Below, in pieces: positions 19,930-30,158 of a stretch of DNA of 64,000 nt. The stretch lies in contig PLZJ01000002.1 in NCBI GenBank assembly GCA_003152105.1, positions 685,140 to 749,139 of the forward strand, in the 5' to 3' direction. This DNA comes from Candidatus Levyibacteriota bacterium (GTDB lineage Bacteria > Patescibacteriota > Microgenomatia > Levybacterales > UBA12049). Under the pieces are notes generated by a model that was not told the DNA's origin, made no database searches, and saw only the letters and a list, made by a program, of their open reading frames with translations. Both the position numbers and the translations under genes were made by a program. Position 1 is the stretch's first letter. Every line of letters begins with the position of its first letter.

Positions 19930-21045
19930 ATGTCAAATAAGCTACGAATTGCCTTTTTCCATGAGCTTCCTGAAGGTGGTGCAAGGAGTGCCACAAATAG
20001 TTTTGCTAAAGAATTAAAAAAAAAGCATACTGTAGATTTGTTTTATATTGACGAAAAAAAAGACATTAGTGAACACAGAAACTATAGCAAGGCTTATTTC
20101 TATAAATTTATTCCCTTACAATGGAAAGGAAAAAATTGGAAAATCAGATTTTATAAAGATTCTATCGAATTATATAAAAATTGGAAACTTCATAAACAAA
20201 TAGCACAAACAATTAATAAACAAAAATATGATGTAATTTTTGTTAATGCCTCAAAGTTTATAGAATCACCTTTTTTGCTTAGATACTTAAAAACTAAATC
20301 AGTATTTTATTTGCATGATCCTTATTACCGAATAATTTATGATAAAGCATTAACATTTCCAAGTGACATTTCACAACTACGAAAACTTTACGAAACTGGT
20401 AATAGATTAATTAGAAAATTCATTGATAAAAAAAATATTTCAAAAGCGACATATGTTTTTTCTAATTCAAAATTTGCTAGTAGGCAGTTTTTAAATATTT
20501 ATCATAAAAATAGTGTAGTTAAATATATTGGTATTGATACTAGATTCTTTATTCCTAAAAATATGAAAAGAGATATCGACGTCTTATATATCGGGTCAAG
20601 AAGCAGTATTGATGGGTACGATTTATTAATTCAGATATTAAAATTGTTACCTAAAAATAGTAATGTAAGAATGGTTTTGCATGAAGATGGAATGAAGAGT
20701 CAATCAGAAATACGTACGCTTTATCAGCGATCTAAAATAGTAATTTGTTTAGCAAGAAAGGAACCATTTGGACTTATTCCCTTGGAAGCAATGTCTACTC
20801 AAACACCTGTCATTGCTTTAAAAGAAGGAGGTTATGTTGAAACAATTAAGGATAACGAAACAGGATACTTAGTATCTCCTAACGTCAAGCAAATTGCTAA
20901 TCGGATAACATATCTTTTATCACATAAGGCAAAAAGATTTGAAATGGGTGTTGCTGGTAGAAAATGGGTATTGCAAAATTGGAATAATATTATGCGTGGT
21001 AAGGAACTCGAAAAAGGATTAGTAACTATAGCATATGAAAAATAA
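19930..21045 (+). CDS. Glycosyltransferase family 4 (GT-B)
   Basis: C-terminal EX7E-type motif LARKEPFGLIPLEAMSTQTPVIALKEGGYVETIKDNETGYLV. Confidence 0.7.
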   Translation: MSNKLRIAFFHELPEGGARSATNSFAKELKKKHTVDLFYIDEKKDISEHRNYSKAYFYKFIPLQWKGKNWKIRFYKDSIELYKNWKLHKQIAQTINKQKYDVIFVNASKFIESPFLLRYLKTKSVFYLHDPYYRIIYDKALTFPSDISQLRKLYETGNRLIRKFIDKKNISKATYVFSNSKFASRQFLNIYHKNSVVKYIGIDTRFFIPKNMKRDIDVLYIGSRSSIDGYDLLIQILKLLPKNSNVRMVLHEDGMKSQSEIRTLYQRSKIVICLARKEPFGLIPLEAMSTQTPVIALKEGGYVETIKDNETGYLVSPNVKQIANRITYLLSHKAKRFEMGVAGRKWVLQNWNNIMRGKELEKGLVTIAYEK

Positions 21046-23281
21046 AGAAATTTCAATTATTTACATCTATTACAATACTCCTACTGAAATTAAAAATTCA
21101 CTTGCTTCAATTAAAAATGCAATTGGAAATATAACATATGAAATAATAATTATTGATAATCATTCAAGTGAATTTCTTAAAAATAACAACAAAAACATCC
21201 GTATTATTAGAAATAAATCAAATAAAGGATTTGGAAGAGCAATAAATCAGGCAGGAAAACTAGCTAAGGGCAACTTTTTATTATTAATTAATCCAGATAC
21301 GCTATTTCACAAAAATAGCATATTCTACTTATATCAAAAAATTAAAAACGACGAAAACATTGGAGCAATTGGCCCCATGCAAGTGTCTTTAGATAATAGC
21401 ATGTTACCAAGCATTAATGGATATCCAACTATACTAAAATCAATATTTTCATTTTCTATTCTTAACATACTTTTTAAAAACAATTCCTTTTCGAGAGCAT
21501 ATTGGTTACCAGGTGTACAAGGAACTAAACAACTTGTCGTACCTGTTATTGGTGGGGCATGCATGCTGATTCCCAAAAAGATTTTTAATCAAGTAAATGG
21601 CTTTGATGAAAAGTTTTTTATGTATTTTGAAGAATCAGATTTGTGTAAACGAATTAATCAGTTGGGCTATAAAATTATATATTATCCTAAAGCTAAAATT
21701 ACTCATCTTGTTGGAATGAGTAATAAAGATAAAACAAGTATTGAATCTATCTTTGAAAAAAGTAGGTATTATTACTTGAAAAAAAATTATGGAAATACAA
21801 AAGCTCTGCTAGCCGAAGGATTTATTAGATCTACGAAATCTAACAATATATTACTTGTTCTAATTTTACTTATTTCCTTATTTTTAAATTTATATAAAAT
21901 TTCAACTCAACTGATGTTTTTTGGGGATTTTGGCAGAGATTATTTAGTGGCTAGAGATATGGTTATTAACCATACTATACCATTAATTGGTATTGAATCA
22001 TCTGTTAAGTGGTTACATCAAGGTCCTCTTTCTATTTATTTTATTGCCTTATCTTTTCTGATCGGTAATTTTTCACCAATTGCTCCCGCGATTTTTTATG
22101 GAATAGTTGGCAGTTTGACAACTCTGTTGGTTTATATTCTAGGTAAAAATTTATGCAATAGTAAAGTTGGTTTACTGGCAAGCTTATTTTATGCAACTTC
22201 TCCTTTGATTACCGTAAGTATGAGAATGCCATATCATACTTCTTCAATACCATTTTTTGCATGCCTCTTCTTTATTTCCATGTTTAAAGTCATAAAAGGT
22301 AGCTATAAAGTATTACCAATTGCAAGTTTTTTACTTGGAATCTTATTCTTATTAGAATTATCTAATGGTGTACTTTTTTTACTATTTCTTATATATATTT
22401 ATTGGTATAAATTACGATTCCCTAAAAATATAATAAATAAATCTATTTTTACTTTTATACTTGGAATTTCTCCTTTTATCTTGTATGACCTTATGCATCA
22501 TTTTATTCAAATAGGCGGTTTTATATTATGGGTTATTAACAGAACGCGATTATTCTTCGGTTTAACTACAAACGGCAACGAAACAACATTACATGCAGGA
22601 AGCGCTATACTTACCATATGGCAAGAACTTAATAGGATATTCTTTCCTATAAATCATATCTTGGCAGATGTTTTACTTTTATCAATAATTTTTATTGTCT
22701 TTAAATTAAGGAAAGAGATTTTATTTAAAAAAGATACAATTATCATACCTATTATTTGGCTATTTGTTCCTCTAACTGCCTATGTTATTCATTCTGCTCC
22801 AGGAACCGCATATTTTCCTTTATTATTTCCTTCTATATCTTTACTACTTGGATATTCAATCTATTATTATTCCAAAATCAGTAAAATAGTGATACTATTT
22901 TTTATTACAATTTGTCTTATAAATGGAGTGTATACAATTTACAACCATTATTTTTTAGATTCTTCTTCATTTATTGGCTCTAATGCTCCTGGTTGGAATT
23001 ATGGTATGGGTATTTCAATTGATGAACAAGAAATAATTGCCAATAAAGTTGTAACGGATGCAGATCACAATGCCTTTCAATTCACTGGAGGCAAGGATGT
23101 GGCAACTTTTCCTTCAGACTTAGATAATTATAAATATTTAATAATATATCATCATGGTTTACTTAATAATAACGCAAAATTAACATATACTTTGTACAGA
23201 GCCTCTACAAAAATTAAAACCAATCAACATATAATATTTAAAACTAAATTTTACACCTTAACAAAATATGAAAGAACTTAA
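21035..23281 (+). CDS. Fusion protein: N-terminal GT2 (rhamnosyltransferase-like GT-A) + C-terminal ArnT/PMT_2-like GT-C membrane domain
   Basis: Residues 1-260: ISIIYIYYNTP...IIIIDNHS...GGACMLIPKK...FMYFEESDLCKR, GT2 with ED motif. Residues about 270-748: about 12 TM, FGDFGRDYLVARDM...WLHQGPLSIYF, equivalent to the ArnT DE..Y...KPPL.YW loop. Confidence 0.6.
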   Translation: MKNKEISIIYIYYNTPTEIKNSLASIKNAIGNITYEIIIIDNHSSEFLKNNNKNIRIIRNKSNKGFGRAINQAGKLAKGNFLLLINPDTLFHKNSIFYLYQKIKNDENIGAIGPMQVSLDNSMLPSINGYPTILKSIFSFSILNILFKNNSFSRAYWLPGVQGTKQLVVPVIGGACMLIPKKIFNQVNGFDEKFFMYFEESDLCKRINQLGYKIIYYPKAKITHLVGMSNKDKTSIESIFEKSRYYYLKKNYGNTKALLAEGFIRSTKSNNILLVLILLISLFLNLYKISTQLMFFGDFGRDYLVARDMVINHTIPLIGIESSVKWLHQGPLSIYFIALSFLIGNFSPIAPAIFYGIVGSLTTLLVYILGKNLCNSKVGLLASLFYATSPLITVSMRMPYHTSSIPFFACLFFISMFKVIKGSYKVLPIASFLLGILFLLELSNGVLFLLFLIYIYWYKLRFPKNIINKSIFTFILGISPFILYDLMHHFIQIGGFILWVINRTRLFFGLTTNGNETTLHAGSAILTIWQELNRIFFPINHILADVLLLSIIFIVFKLRKEILFKKDTIIIPIIWLFVPLTAYVIHSAPGTAYFPLLFPSISLLLGYSIYYYSKISKIVILFFITICLINGVYTIYNHYFLDSSSFIGSNAPGWNYGMGISIDEQEIIANKVVTDADHNAFQFTGGKDVATFPSDLDNYKYLIIYHHGLLNNNAKLTYTLYRASTKIKTNQHIIFKTKFYTLTKYERT

Positions 23282-25844
23282 AATTTTTATTGGCATTTTA
23301 TTACTTATAATTATTTTATCTTTTTCTTTGCCAGGTATTTTTCTACCCACAGATATATTAAATAATTATCCAAGTTTTAGCACAACAAAATGGGATAAGC
23401 CCCAAAATTCACTTCTTTCTGATGCAGTATTTCAGTTTGAACCATGGCGTGTATATACAAAATCGCAATTACAAAACGGCACATTTCCTTTATGGAACAA
23501 TTTAAACGGATCCGGTACACCGTTTTTCGCAAATATGATTTCAGCAATCTTATTTCCTTTAAATTTTATTTATTATATTTTGCCCACCGCGCCTTCGTTA
23601 TATTTAATCAGTTTTTTGAAGCTGTATTTTCTTGGACTTTTTAGTTATTTATATTTTAAAAAAGTGCTGAAGAAAGAAAAGTTTGCATTTATGGGAGCAG
23701 TTGCTGTGTCGTTCTCTGGATTTCCTATTCTTTGGTTATTATGGCCTCAAACTAATGTATACATGTTCTTCCCTTTGTTGCTATATATCACCGAAGAAAT
23801 AAGAGAACAACCGAAAAAATATTATAAATGGTATTTATTTCTATCAATAGTATATTTTTTAGCTGTACTTGGTGGACATCCAGAAACACTTTTTGATATT
23901 TTACTGCTACATGTGTCCTACTTACTTTTTAGGTTATGGAATCAAAAAAAACAATTATTTATTTCGATCGGTTTTGTATTTTTAGGAATTATTACTTCTG
24001 CTATTCAAATACTTCCATTTATTGAATATATTTTACATAGCGATATAGTGCAGCAACGAGGATTACAGACTTATACATATTATTTACCTTTAAAAAGCAT
24101 AATAATGCAAATTTTTCCATTTATACTTGGAGCTCCACAACTTAATTTTTATAAACCAATTGCTTCGTTTACTAATTTTCAAGAGGTAATGAGTGGCTAT
24201 GTTGGTGCAATAGTATTAATCTCTGCGATCTATGTTACACGTAAGTATTTTTCAGATAATTTAGTTAAATACTGGACTATTATGATAATACTAATATATG
24301 GAATTGCATATAATATTTATCCATTTAAAATGCTTTCTTATTTGCCTATATTACATAGTAATGCAAACCAACGATTAACAGGATTTGCATCAATTGGATT
24401 TATATTCTTAGCATGTTATGGATTTTCTAAAGTTGATAAAAACAAGATAAATATTCCATTTTCTTTCCAAAAATTATTTTACTTGATCTCAATAGTTGTT
24501 AGTTTACTATTGGTATTTTTACCGAAATATTTTCCAAAACATATAATAGGAAATAGTACCAATATTGCATTTGTATACTTTTTGCAAAATCATATTGCAT
24601 ATATTTTCTTAACAACATTTTTATTTTTACAATTAGTTCTATTTACTAGAAATAAATATATAGTTAAATACAAATTTGAATTAGTTATATTATTAATTTT
24701 ATCTCAGACTTTGTTTCTACTTTGGAATTATAATCCAATTACTGCTAAGAGTGTATATTATCCAAGAACGCCTTTAACTCAGGAGTTGCAACAAATACCA
24801 AGTGGTAAAGTTATTGAAATCGGAAATCCTTCCTTGGCTCCAGATAGCAATTTAGCATATGGAATATCAGGAGCAGAGAGCTATGATGCAATTGACGTTA
24901 AATCATATAAGACGACTTTAAATGCATATTTTCCAATTAGAAACATATGGGATAAAGTAGATGAAACAAATATAAATGCTTTCCAAAAGTTAGGTATTAA
25001 ATATATCTTGAGTGATTTTGATATAAATTTGAAAAGACAAATCTATCAAGGTAGAAGCGATACTATTTTACCTCCTCTTAGTCATTCTAGGCCAGCTTCG
25101 TATTCAGTTATAAATAGTATTCATACATTAAGCGGTATACGGGTGCTTTTTGCCACATTTAATAGATCGAATAATTGTATTGTTACTATTACATTTAAAG
25201 ATGATAAAACTTCACAAACACTACTTCAAAAAAATATTTATTGTTCAAATACTAGAAACTACATGTACTATTTTGTATCAACAAATAATATTACTTTAAA
25301 TCATGATAACTTGAGAATTGTTCTTCAATCTAATAGTGATAATACTCAAAATAATGTAGCGCTTGTTGGAGATAAAGGTGGTTACCCTTATATCGAGTTA
25401 TTTTCTCCTCCATCTAAGCAGGTGTACAAAAAGTTGTGGGAACTAAATGATGAATATATATGGTCAGTGCCAGATGCTAATTTTATAGTATTTGATGGAA
25501 AAAATATTTTGAAACGAGAAAGTTCTAATACCATTCAGATTGCAACTAACTATAACCATAATGCATCGATAACTGCAAAAGTAGTTAACTATCCAGGTTG
25601 GAAAGTTAGTATAGATGGAAAGACCGGTTTAGTAAATAAAAATGACTTATTTCTGTCTACAGAAGTTCCAAAAGGAAAACATGTAATACTATTTTATTAT
25701 GCTCCAATGTCATTCTACATTGGACTAATAGTTACAATAGTAATTTTGGTAAGTATTGGATTTTACATATTAGTTAGAGAAACTTACAGTATTAAAATCC
25801 TATGTTATAATCTCATAAGAACTTTCCAAAAAAAACGAAAATAA
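23268..25844 (+). CDS. YfhO-family polytopic membrane protein (putative GT-C glycosyltransferase)
   Basis: 858 aa. About 14 TM, then a roughly 300 aa extracytoplasmic domain and a final TM. FPLWNNLNGSGTPFFANMISAILFPLNFIYYIL matches the YfhO loop motif, and the architecture matches B. subtilis YfhO (about 860 aa). Confidence 0.5.
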   Translation: MKELKIFIGILLLIIILSFSLPGIFLPTDILNNYPSFSTTKWDKPQNSLLSDAVFQFEPWRVYTKSQLQNGTFPLWNNLNGSGTPFFANMISAILFPLNFIYYILPTAPSLYLISFLKLYFLGLFSYLYFKKVLKKEKFAFMGAVAVSFSGFPILWLLWPQTNVYMFFPLLLYITEEIREQPKKYYKWYLFLSIVYFLAVLGGHPETLFDILLLHVSYLLFRLWNQKKQLFISIGFVFLGIITSAIQILPFIEYILHSDIVQQRGLQTYTYYLPLKSIIMQIFPFILGAPQLNFYKPIASFTNFQEVMSGYVGAIVLISAIYVTRKYFSDNLVKYWTIMIILIYGIAYNIYPFKMLSYLPILHSNANQRLTGFASIGFIFLACYGFSKVDKNKINIPFSFQKLFYLISIVVSLLLVFLPKYFPKHIIGNSTNIAFVYFLQNHIAYIFLTTFLFLQLVLFTRNKYIVKYKFELVILLILSQTLFLLWNYNPITAKSVYYPRTPLTQELQQIPSGKVIEIGNPSLAPDSNLAYGISGAESYDAIDVKSYKTTLNAYFPIRNIWDKVDETNINAFQKLGIKYILSDFDINLKRQIYQGRSDTILPPLSHSRPASYSVINSIHTLSGIRVLFATFNRSNNCIVTITFKDDKTSQTLLQKNIYCSNTRNYMYYFVSTNNITLNHDNLRIVLQSNSDNTQNNVALVGDKGGYPYIELFSPPSKQVYKKLWELNDEYIWSVPDANFIVFDGKNILKRESSNTIQIATNYNHNASITAKVVNYPGWKVSIDGKTGLVNKNDLFLSTEVPKGKHVILFYYAPMSFYIGLIVTIVILVSIGFYILVRETYSIKILCYNLIRTFQKKRK

Positions 25845-25845
25845 A

Positions 25846-26562
25846 ATGAATAAAAATAAGTATGCAGGTACATTAACTTTAGAAGTTTTAGAATGGGCTC
25901 ATAAATACAACAAATGGATTGCCGATGAGATATCTCCACATGTTTCTTTCCCTCTATTAGAACTGGGTGCAGGTATTGGTAATATTTCATATCATTTCAC
26001 GAAGAATATTCCTAAAGGAAGTACTTTCTATATTTCAGAAATAGATACTCATCTCATTTCAATTTTGAGAAAAAAATATAACAAAAAAAATATTAAAGTG
26101 ATCAAATTAGATATTACTAAGGTAAGTAATAAATTATATTTAAATAAATTTAAGGCTGTTTTTGCAATAAATGTACTCGAGCATATTGAAAATGATTTAT
26201 CAGCTTTAAAAAATTCACATAAATTATTACAAAAAAATGGATTACTAATTTTATTAGTACCAGCAAAAATGTATGCATACTCAAACTTAGATAAAGAGTT
26301 AGGACATTACAGAAGGTATGAAAAAGATGAATTGATAAAAAAAATATCAGATGCTAAGTTCACAATCGAAAGTATAAAATATTTTAATATTGTAGGTTTA
26401 TTAAGTTGGATGGTAAGAAATAAGTTTGAACAAGAACATAGGATGCTTAGGCCATATCAAATATGGATTTTTGAGAAAATAGTACCATTCTTAAAAGCTT
26501 TGGAATCATTTATACCTATTCCTGTTGGAATATCATTAATTGTTGTTGCTCGTAAGAAATAA
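25846..26562 (+). CDS. Class I SAM-dependent methyltransferase
   Basis: SAM motif I LELGAGIGNISYHF; motif post I IKLDI; VLEHIEND. Confidence 0.7.
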   Translation: MNKNKYAGTLTLEVLEWAHKYNKWIADEISPHVSFPLLELGAGIGNISYHFTKNIPKGSTFYISEIDTHLISILRKKYNKKNIKVIKLDITKVSNKLYLNKFKAVFAINVLEHIENDLSALKNSHKLLQKNGLLILLVPAKMYAYSNLDKELGHYRRYEKDELIKKISDAKFTIESIKYFNIVGLLSWMVRNKFEQEHRMLRPYQIWIFEKIVPFLKALESFIPIPVGISLIVVARKK

Positions 26563-26568
26563 TAAAAA

Positions 26569-26895
26569 ATGAATACCACTCCTTATTACACAAAAATAAG
26601 ACGTTTGTTTGCAAGCTTTAAAAAAAACCTACGAATTAAAATAAATAAATATAACTGGGAATTTCATTTTTATGTTTTTGTTTTCTCTCTATGTTTCTCA
26701 GTTAGCGTTTTTATAATACTTATGATTAGTTTGCATTTATCTTTTAAGATGCCAAATACTACTGCGATAAATTGGTTTACCGTTCATAAGTATCCAAAAC
26801 AACAAGATATATTTTATTTTATATTCGGATTCCCTTTTATATTAGTACTGTCTATTATTATTTGGATGTTAACATTATGGGTAAAAAAGAGATAA
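26569..26895 (+). CDS. Small membrane protein, hypothetical
   Basis: 108 aa, 2-3 hydrophobic helices, embedded in the glycosylation operon. Confidence 0.35.
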   Translation: MNTTPYYTKIRRLFASFKKNLRIKINKYNWEFHFYVFVFSLCFSVSVFIILMISLHLSFKMPNTTAINWFTVHKYPKQQDIFYFIFGFPFILVLSIIIWMLTLWVKKR

Positions 26896-28430
26896 TACTA
26901 ATTATTGCTATCATCATATTTTCTGTTTTAATTGGTCAATCTACTTCAGGAAATATATTTTTTGGAGATTTAAATATGATAGATGAAGGCCAGTTTGCGG
27001 CTTGGGCTAATCATATGTTGCATGGGAAAATGATGTACAAAGATTTATATATAGTATATGGTCCTTTATACGTCTATCCTCTATATCTATTATTTAAAAT
27101 ATTATCACCTTCAGCTTTTCTGGTTAGATTATATCTTACATTAGGGGGAACTTTTGGAATCATTGCAATATATTTTGTAATGGTAGAACTAAAACTGAAT
27201 AGAATTGTAAAGTCATTATTGCTTATTTTGTTTTTATGTTTGCCAATGTTAAATTTAAGGGAAAGCATGGCCATATGGTGTTTATATTTTTTGTTAAAAA
27301 CAACAACAAAATCTTCGAAACACTCATTTTTAATTCTTGGAATTTTATCATCAATAACATTATTAGTTAGTCAAGATTTTGGTATCTTTATTCTTCTGGT
27401 AAGTGCTTTTCATCTATTTTACAGTAGGTTATTTGCTCACAATACGCTAAATAAACACGGCATCAGAGATTATATAGTAGGATATGTAACTATAATTATT
27501 TGTTTTACTGGCTGGGCTTTTAAAGAAGGGTGGTTACTTGATTATATAAGAGTGGCTACAGGTGTAAGCGTAGATCTATCGAGCATAAATGTTCCTAATG
27601 GGCAAAATTTTCCTAACCCGCTTTCTTATTTTGCTCTTCATACAGTCGGTATGAATGTAAAATATTTCTTCTCTAAAGATGTGCTTCTTTATGTAAGTAT
27701 ACTTGTTTACTTTGCCTCATTTTTCTACTTAACCGTAAATTATGTCAAAAGAAAATTAGTTAACACAAATTATAAGTTATTGTTAGTTACACTCTATGGA
27801 ATACTATTATATTGCATATTGCTAACTCGAAACGGCATCGGTCATTATTATTATACACTCCCTGCGGTTTTACTAATTTGCGGGTATTTTTTAAATCAAC
27901 TATTATTTATTAATAAAAAGATTACTCTTTTGTCTTCAGCATTAACTATAGTAATTTTGTCATTTTTTATACGATTACTTTATTTAAACAATCCAGAATT
28001 AAAACAGTCCTTGAATATCCATAATTATTTACCAATACATACAAATAATCCCTATAGAGTAGGAATTATAAATATTTCAAAATCTCAAGCAACAAAAATT
28101 TCATTATTGCAAACTTTTATTTTCAAAAATACTAAAAAAAGTGATTATGTATTCTTTTTTAATGATGAACCTATGATGTATATGTTAGTTGATAGAGTTA
28201 ATCCAACAGATTATGATTTGCCATTTGCAGGAAATACATTAGATAAAAGAATTAAAATGCTTAATCAAGTTGCTATGAAAAAACCAAAATATATTTTTAT
28301 AGATAATGATGTGTGGGCAGTAGATGGCATAAATAATAAAACACGTTTGCCAGAACTCACAAAATATTTATATTCTCATTATCATTTAATCAAAACTACT
28401 AATAATGTTCAGATATTTCAATTCATTTAA
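26862..28430 (+). CDS. Polytopic membrane protein, ArnT/PMT_2-like GT-C glycosyltransferase
   Basis: DEGQFAAWANHMLHGKMMYKDLYIVYGPLYVY matches the ArnT DEaRYA...KPPL.YW first-loop motif; about 11 TM. The real start is probably the ATG at 26877 (MGKKEIIL). Confidence 0.5.
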   Translation: MDVNIMGKKEIILIIAIIIFSVLIGQSTSGNIFFGDLNMIDEGQFAAWANHMLHGKMMYKDLYIVYGPLYVYPLYLLFKILSPSAFLVRLYLTLGGTFGIIAIYFVMVELKLNRIVKSLLLILFLCLPMLNLRESMAIWCLYFLLKTTTKSSKHSFLILGILSSITLLVSQDFGIFILLVSAFHLFYSRLFAHNTLNKHGIRDYIVGYVTIIICFTGWAFKEGWLLDYIRVATGVSVDLSSINVPNGQNFPNPLSYFALHTVGMNVKYFFSKDVLLYVSILVYFASFFYLTVNYVKRKLVNTNYKLLLVTLYGILLYCILLTRNGIGHYYYTLPAVLLICGYFLNQLLFINKKITLLSSALTIVILSFFIRLLYLNNPELKQSLNIHNYLPIHTNNPYRVGIINISKSQATKISLLQTFIFKNTKKSDYVFFFNDEPMMYMLVDRVNPTDYDLPFAGNTLDKRIKMLNQVAMKKPKYIFIDNDVWAVDGINNKTRLPELTKYLYSHYHLIKTTNNVQIFQFI

Positions 28431-28470
28431 TTTCAGTATGTTATAATGTTTAAATTAATAGCTGGGTTAA

Positions 28471-29364
28471 TTGATTTTTATGAAATGTTTGATATGTAAT
28501 GCTACTTCTTTTCACAATATTGTAAACTCAAAAGACCTCAAAATTTTTTCATGCAACGTTTGTGGATTATACATAGTGCCACAATCAAAATCTAAAATAA
28601 AAAATGTTTCAAAATATTTTAAAAATTATGATCTTGATAAATACATTAATTATTATGAAAAATTTAGAAAAGATATCTATAAAAATAACTGGAAACAAAT
28701 AACCAGGTGGAAGAAAGGTGGCAAATCCTTAGACTTTGGCGCTTCTTTTGGATGGTTTCTAGAATTGGCACCTAAAAAATGGACTTCCTTTGGGGTAGAG
28801 CCATCGCCAGTTGCAGTTGAACGATGCAAATCGAAACATTTAAAGGTTAAATTAGGAACTGAAAATAAAGTGAGCGATTTTCATACAAAATTTGATGTAA
28901 TTACCATGTGGAATGTGATTGAGCATCTCTCTAATCCGGTTAAGACATTAATTAAGTTAAAAAGTAATTTAAATAAGGACGGTATTATTGCCATTGCATT
29001 TCCTAATAGGTATGGTTTTTATAATCAAACAGCATATTTTTTAAATCGAATTTCCTTTGGCTTAATTACTAAGCCACTTTACATTTTATTTCAAGCAGAT
29101 AATCCAGTTCCTCATTTGTACCATTTTAGAATTAGTGATATTGAAAAAATTCTAAATTCTTTAGGATTTAAAATATTACAAATCGATTCTCAAAAAATTG
29201 TGGATACCAACGGATTGTGGCATAGAGAGGAACTTGATAAAGATAGAATGTTAAAATTATTAGCATTTATCGGAATTCCTACTTTAAAGGTGCTTGATGT
29301 CTTATTAGATTTATTACGAATCAATAACGATGAAATTGTTATTTATGCTAAGAAAATTGAATAA
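28471..29364 (+). CDS. Zn-ribbon + class I SAM methyltransferase (Methyltransf_13/23-like)
   Basis: CLICN...CNVCG Cys4 ribbon at the N-terminus; LDFGASFGWFLE (SAM motif I); MWNVIEHL. Confidence 0.65.
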   Translation: MIFMKCLICNATSFHNIVNSKDLKIFSCNVCGLYIVPQSKSKIKNVSKYFKNYDLDKYINYYEKFRKDIYKNNWKQITRWKKGGKSLDFGASFGWFLELAPKKWTSFGVEPSPVAVERCKSKHLKVKLGTENKVSDFHTKFDVITMWNVIEHLSNPVKTLIKLKSNLNKDGIIAIAFPNRYGFYNQTAYFLNRISFGLITKPLYILFQADNPVPHLYHFRISDIEKILNSLGFKILQIDSQKIVDTNGLWHREELDKDRMLKLLAFIGIPTLKVLDVLLDLLRINNDEIVIYAKKIE

Positions 29365-29384
29365 TAATCTACTTCCATTTTCTT

Positions 29385-30158
29385 CTAACGTATAAGTAAT
29401 AATAGCCACGATTTGGGAGTATGGAATAGTCTGTTGTTAAGCAATGCTAGACAAAACCAGGGAGTATAAGAAAAGATTGATTGAAACAACTTAAAATTAG
29501 TTTTACCGTGCTGTCTATCTTTCCAAATTGTTGGGATTTCATATATTTTATATTCTAAGCAGTGGGCTTTAGCAACAATTTCTAACGTAACGCTAAAGCT
29601 AGACACGCTTTTTAATGAAATATTATGTATTAATTCTGAAGAATACATCTTATAGCTATTTGTCGGATCACTAGTATTAATTCCAGTAAATAATTGTAAT
29701 AATCTTCCTGCAAGTTTTGGGAATCCAACTTTTAAAGGTGCATTCAATTCTTGTTTTCCTCCTTTTGAATATCTTGAAGGACAGACTACGTCTGCTGTTT
29801 TAGGAATTAAATTAAGCATTTCTTTAATTTGCGTCAAATCATCACATAGATCAGCCATTGTCACAAGTATTTTAGAGCCTGAGGAGTATTTAAAACCTGT
29901 CCGTATTGCTCCAGATGGGCCTCTATGAATCGAGTTTTTTAAAATTACCAGTTGTGGATATATGCGTTTTAGATTTTTTAATACAGGTAATGTTGTATCG
30001 TTATCCAAATCATAAATAACAAGAATTTGATTTTTAACAGTAATATTTTTATCTAATAACCTAAGGGTTTCTTCTATATTTGCAGCTTCATTATATACGG
30101 GTATAATAACTGATAAGTCATATTTTGAATTTTTAGTAGTTTTCTGTATTTTCTTCAT
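29385..30158 (-). CDS. GT2 glycosyltransferase (Dpm1/polyprenyl-phosphate sugar synthase-like)
   Basis: DLSVIIPVYNEAANIEETLRLL, DLDNDTT and a hydrophobic C-terminal tail. Confidence 0.65.
   Translation of the reverse strand: MKKIQKTTKNSKYDLSVIIPVYNEAANIEETLRLLDKNITVKNQILVIYDLDNDTTLPVLKNLKRIYPQLVILKNSIHRGPSGAIRTGFKYSSGSKILVTMADLCDDLTQIKEMLNLIPKTADVVCPSRYSKGGKQELNAPLKVGFPKLAGRLLQLFTGINTSDPTNSYKMYSSELIHNISLKSVSSFSVTLEIVAKAHCLEYKIYEIPTIWKDRQHGKTNFKLFQSIFSYTPWFCLALLNNRLFHTPKSWLLLLIR

Noticed and set aside
26862-26895. 34-nt overlap between the small membrane ORF and the downstream GT-C ORF as a possible frameshift or pseudogene
   Set aside because: An in-frame ATG at 26877 (MGKKEIIL...) gives a normal start with a short overlap. 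There is no sign of disrupted homology, and it is more likely a start-codon choice issue.
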